From Octopus sinensis (lineage: Eukaryota): a stretch of DNA of 64,000 nucleotides. Under the pieces are notes generated by a model. The model ran no database searches, was not told the origin of the DNA, and saw only the letters and a list, made by a program, of their open reading frames with translations. The position numbers were made by a program, and so were the translations under genes. Shown one piece after another: positions 60,311 through 64,000 of the stretch (the stretch's first letter is position 1; each line of letters begins with the position of its first letter). Location of the stretch: the NCBI RefSeq assembly GCF_006345805.1, contig NC_043000.1, positions 45,446,001 to 45,510,000 on the forward strand, given 5' to 3'.

Positions 60311-61878
60311 TAAGCGACCACCTGCTTACCAGAAATTTGATACCAGCAAGATCGGTTCATCATATGCCGCTGAGATCAGAAACCGCTTCGAACTGCTCAC
60401 CATCAAAGAGAATCAAGAAGCAGAAGAAATATGGGAGAAGGTGAAGGAAATTGTCATTGAAATAGCAGAGAAACATGTACAGTACAAGAAACCCATACGA
60501 TCAGCAAAGTGGATTTTGGAGGAGACAATTGCAATAGCAGAAGAAAGAAGGAGAGCAAAGATGACCAGAAGCAGGGATGAAGTGCGGCGCCTGAATGCAA
60601 TGTTCCAACAGGCCGCCAGGAAGGACAAAGAGAAATACTGGAATGAGGAATGTGCAAGGGCAGAGAAGGCATACAGTAAAGGGAACATGAGAGAACTTTA
60701 CCAACATGTAAAGAAGACCCGTACAACATTCATGGCCAGACAAGCAACCATCTGAGGGAGAAATGGTGAAGAACTGTATGACCAAGAAGGGATCAGGAAA
60801 AGATGGAAAGAGTACACTGAACAGTTGTATGCAGGGAACAACCTCGATGAACAGGCAGAAGAGAAGCCACTGGAACTGGAACTGGAGCCAGACATCCTGG
60901 AGGATGAGGTGGTATGGGCAATGAAACAGCTGGCCAACCGAAAAGCCCCAGGTACTGATGGTATTCCACTAGAATTACTCAAGCCAATACCAACAAAAAC
61001 ACTAACATTGCTTTGCCAATGAATATGGAGACCCTGTAAGTGGCCAAGGGAATAGAAGAGGTCAGTTTTCATCCCAATACCAAAGAAAAGAGATACCAAG
61101 GACTGCGCAATTACCGTACCATAACCCTGATCCCCCATGTAAGCAAAATTCTCCTTAAAATCATCCAGAAGCGCCTGAACACAACTATTGAGAGAGAATT
61201 GCCAGAGGTTCAGAAAGGAAAGAGGCACCTGCGATCAAATCGCCAACCTACGGAGGATTATGGAAAAGGCAAGAGAATACCAAAAGAAGCTGTACATGTG
61301 TTTCCTCGATTACTCCAAAGCCTTTGACAGCATTGATCATGAAAAGTTATGGAAATGTCTGGAGGAAATGGGAACACCTCTACACCTTGTCCAGCTTATT
61401 AGATCCCTCTATCAAAACCAAGAGACTACAGTATGGACACCATATGGCAACACTGATTGGTTTGAGATTGGAAAAGGCATTCGGCAAGGTTGCATCCTGT
61501 CACCAGCAGCCTTCAACATGTACGCTGAAAAGGTCATGAGGAATGCAGGCCTGGAGGATGGCAGCATTGGAGTGAGGATTGGAGGAAGAAATATTAGTAA
61601 CCTTTGCTATGCAGATGATACAACCCTGCTAGCGGAGAGTGGTAAGGATCTGGAGGATCTTATCCTGCTGGTCAAGAAAAAGAGTGAGAAATTTGGGCTG
61701 TACCTCAATGTTAAGAAAACGAAGATCATGTCAACAGCAGCCACAACAAACATCAGCATCAAGATCGATAATGAAGAGATCGAAGTGTTTGATGATTTCA
61801 TCTCCCTTGGCTCCAAAATAAATCGAGATGGTGATTGCACTCCAGAAATAAGATGGCGTATAGTACTAGGCAGAGAGG
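60311..61878 (+). mobile_element. RTE-BovB-like LINE fragment (linker and RT), truncated at both ends
   Basis: WKEYTEQLY, ANRKAPGTDGIP, NYRTITLIPHVSKILLKII, RQGCILSP, NLCYADD (61608-61619); nonsense changes and deletions. Confidence 0.93.
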
Positions 61879-61892
61879 CAATATATATATAT

Positions 61893-61923
<31 letters not shown>

Positions 61924-62128
61924 TTCTTATAGTAGAAGAAATAGCTAAGATTTTTTGGCTGCTATTTCTAAAAGTCTGGTGTGTGGTAAAGTAAATTATT
62001 TTACTGAACCCTAATTATATAACGTAATGTTTTAAATATACCGTAAATGGTCTTTTTACATACTGAACACTACTTGGTAAAATTAATTAATAATTTATTA
62101 ATTTTACCCTTTTATTATTGACTATATA

Positions 62129-62129
<1 letters not shown>

Positions 62130-62189
<60 letters not shown>

Positions 62190-62382
62190 ATACACAGACA
62201 TCTTTGTATGTGTATATATATATATATGTGTGTATACAAACACACACGCATATGTGCACACTCACATACACACATGTGCACATGCACACACACATGCAGA
62301 CTCACATTCACATGCATGCATGCACACACATACACACACAGATGCACATGCATGCACATACACACACACACACACAAAGTGT
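62130..62382. repeat. (TA)n/(CA)n/(CATG)-rich microsatellite complex
   Basis: Directly visible. Confidence 0.9.
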
Positions 62383-63632
62383 GTGACAAAGGGAGAGAGA
62401 CTTTTAAAATTTTGAAATCAGATTTGTTCTACATGCTTTCTGCTTGTTCCTTTACTTGCTTATTCCTCATAGTGAAGTTTTGATGATTAGAACAATCCAG
62501 CGATTATCATTTCTGCTTAGCTAGGTTTACCATCATTTCTTATTTCCTTTGCTTGTGACTCATGTTGAGTCTCTCATACCTCATTGTTCTACCTAATATG
62601 TAGCACAAGCTCTATTCTATCACATTTTTCCATTTCTTTTTTTTTTTTTTTTGAGGAATTCTTTTACATTATCTCAGAATATTTTTGTTACATTCTGTAA
62701 TCTCCTCTTATGAGATTCTTTAGGTTCATCTGTCTTTTGCAAGAACTAGTTTTTGTTTATATGGTTCTAAGCATTATCCCGTTTTAATTTGTATAAATGT
62801 ATTCTTGTATGTGCATGTAGTTTTGTGTATGAGTGTGTGTGTGTGTGTGTATATGCATTTATGTGTGTGTGCATGTGTATGTATGTGTGTGTAGGTGTGT
62901 GTGTGTGTGTGCGAACAGATTGATATTCAGACAGAAAAGCTGATGGATTGTCTCATATACAAATGTGCAAATTCATCACAGCAAACACATGATCTTAAAT
63001 ACATACACATGTAAAAATCTGTTGATGGTTATGACAGTGGTTGTGTTAAAATCTGAAGCATTGATTTTTATGATGGTGGTGGTGGTGACAGAAACAGTAG
63101 TGATGATGCTGATGTTCATAAAGGTGAATGAGAAGTGAAACAGAGAGAAAGAGACAGACAGACAGACGTAGGATATGAGAGAATGAGATAATTAAAGATA
63201 CAGCGATGTCACAGCAACTCATTTCTAAGAATCTTTACATTCTCTCTGTGTATATCTCTCTACACACCATTATTCAGATCAACATCACTACCACTGTCTT
63301 TGCCTCCCATTGCTGCAATAACGATATGTACCACTGTCTCCACGGCTACCATTAGCATAAAACCAACAGTTTCTTACTATATGAGTTGTTTTACTTTGCG
63401 TTACATACATATCCAACATAGGAAGGGACACATTTACTTATATATAGATATGATTATTTTTCACCTCATTTCTACAAAACTTTTAAAGACAATTCTATTG
63501 TTCCAAAAGCTAACCCAATCTGATGATGGGTTATAGCAATCTCAGATTTATGGCTCGTGAAGTTTTCAGCTTCAATAAATTTGTGTATGCACGTGCATGC
63601 ATAAAATGCATATAAGAATATGCATATATATA

Positions 63633-64000
63633 GGCACAGGAGTGGCTGTGTGGTAAGTAGCTTGTTTACCAACCACATGGTTCTGGGTTCAGTCCCACTG
63701 CGTGGCACCTTGGGCAAGTGTCTTATTTGACCAAAGCCTTGTGAGTGGATTTGGTAGACGGAATCTGAAAGAAGCCCGTCGTATATGTGTGTATATATAT
63801 ATGTGTGTGCATGTATGTTTTTGTGTCTGTATTTGTCCCCCTAGCATTGCTTGACAACCAATGCTGATGTGTTTATGTCCCCGTCACTTAGCGGTTCGGC
63901 AAAAGAGACCAATTGAATAAGTACAGGGCTTACAAAGAATAAGTCCCGGGGTTGAGTTGCTCGATTAAAAAAAGGGCAGTGCTCCAGCATGGCCACAGTA
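63633..64000 (+). mobile_element. Major tRNA-derived SINE family, near full-length and relatively young; runs off the window
   Basis: GGAGTGGCTGTGTGGTAAG head, GGGTTCAGTCCC B box, internal (TA/TG)n, conserved 3' body. Confidence 0.93.

Noticed and set aside
60413-60785. Antisense ORFs over the RTE fragment (and similar ones over the Gypsy and PLE relics)
   Set aside because: Shadow frames of transposon coding sequence.

Overview
Very AT-rich, repeat-saturated eukaryotic DNA with the look of intron or intergenic sequence. The SINE/LINE families and the dense (TA)n/(CA)n/(GATA)n microsatellites look like an octopus (coleoid cephalopod) genome; this is an inference from recalled repeat consensuses. 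No intact, recognisable host gene was found, and most ORFs in the supplied track are microsatellite artefacts. The window holds a nested Gypsy/foldback/mariner cluster (1.7-4.7 kb), many tRNA-derived SINEs, RTE-clade and R4-like LINE fragments, mariner and hAT relics and MITEs, and two Penelope-like elements (PLEs). It also has a Helitron-like end next to an A/T satellite and a near-identical 0.6-kb tandem duplication. Three things stand out. First, there is a set of minimal hammerhead-ribozyme-like motifs, one with an intact core at 24809-24905 and one sitting behind a tRNA-like module in a PLE 3' tail. Second, there are many long inverted repeats and foldback elements. Third, several exon-like segments with good splice signals on the minus strand may belong to an unannotated spliced transcript. 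All alignments were done by eye.
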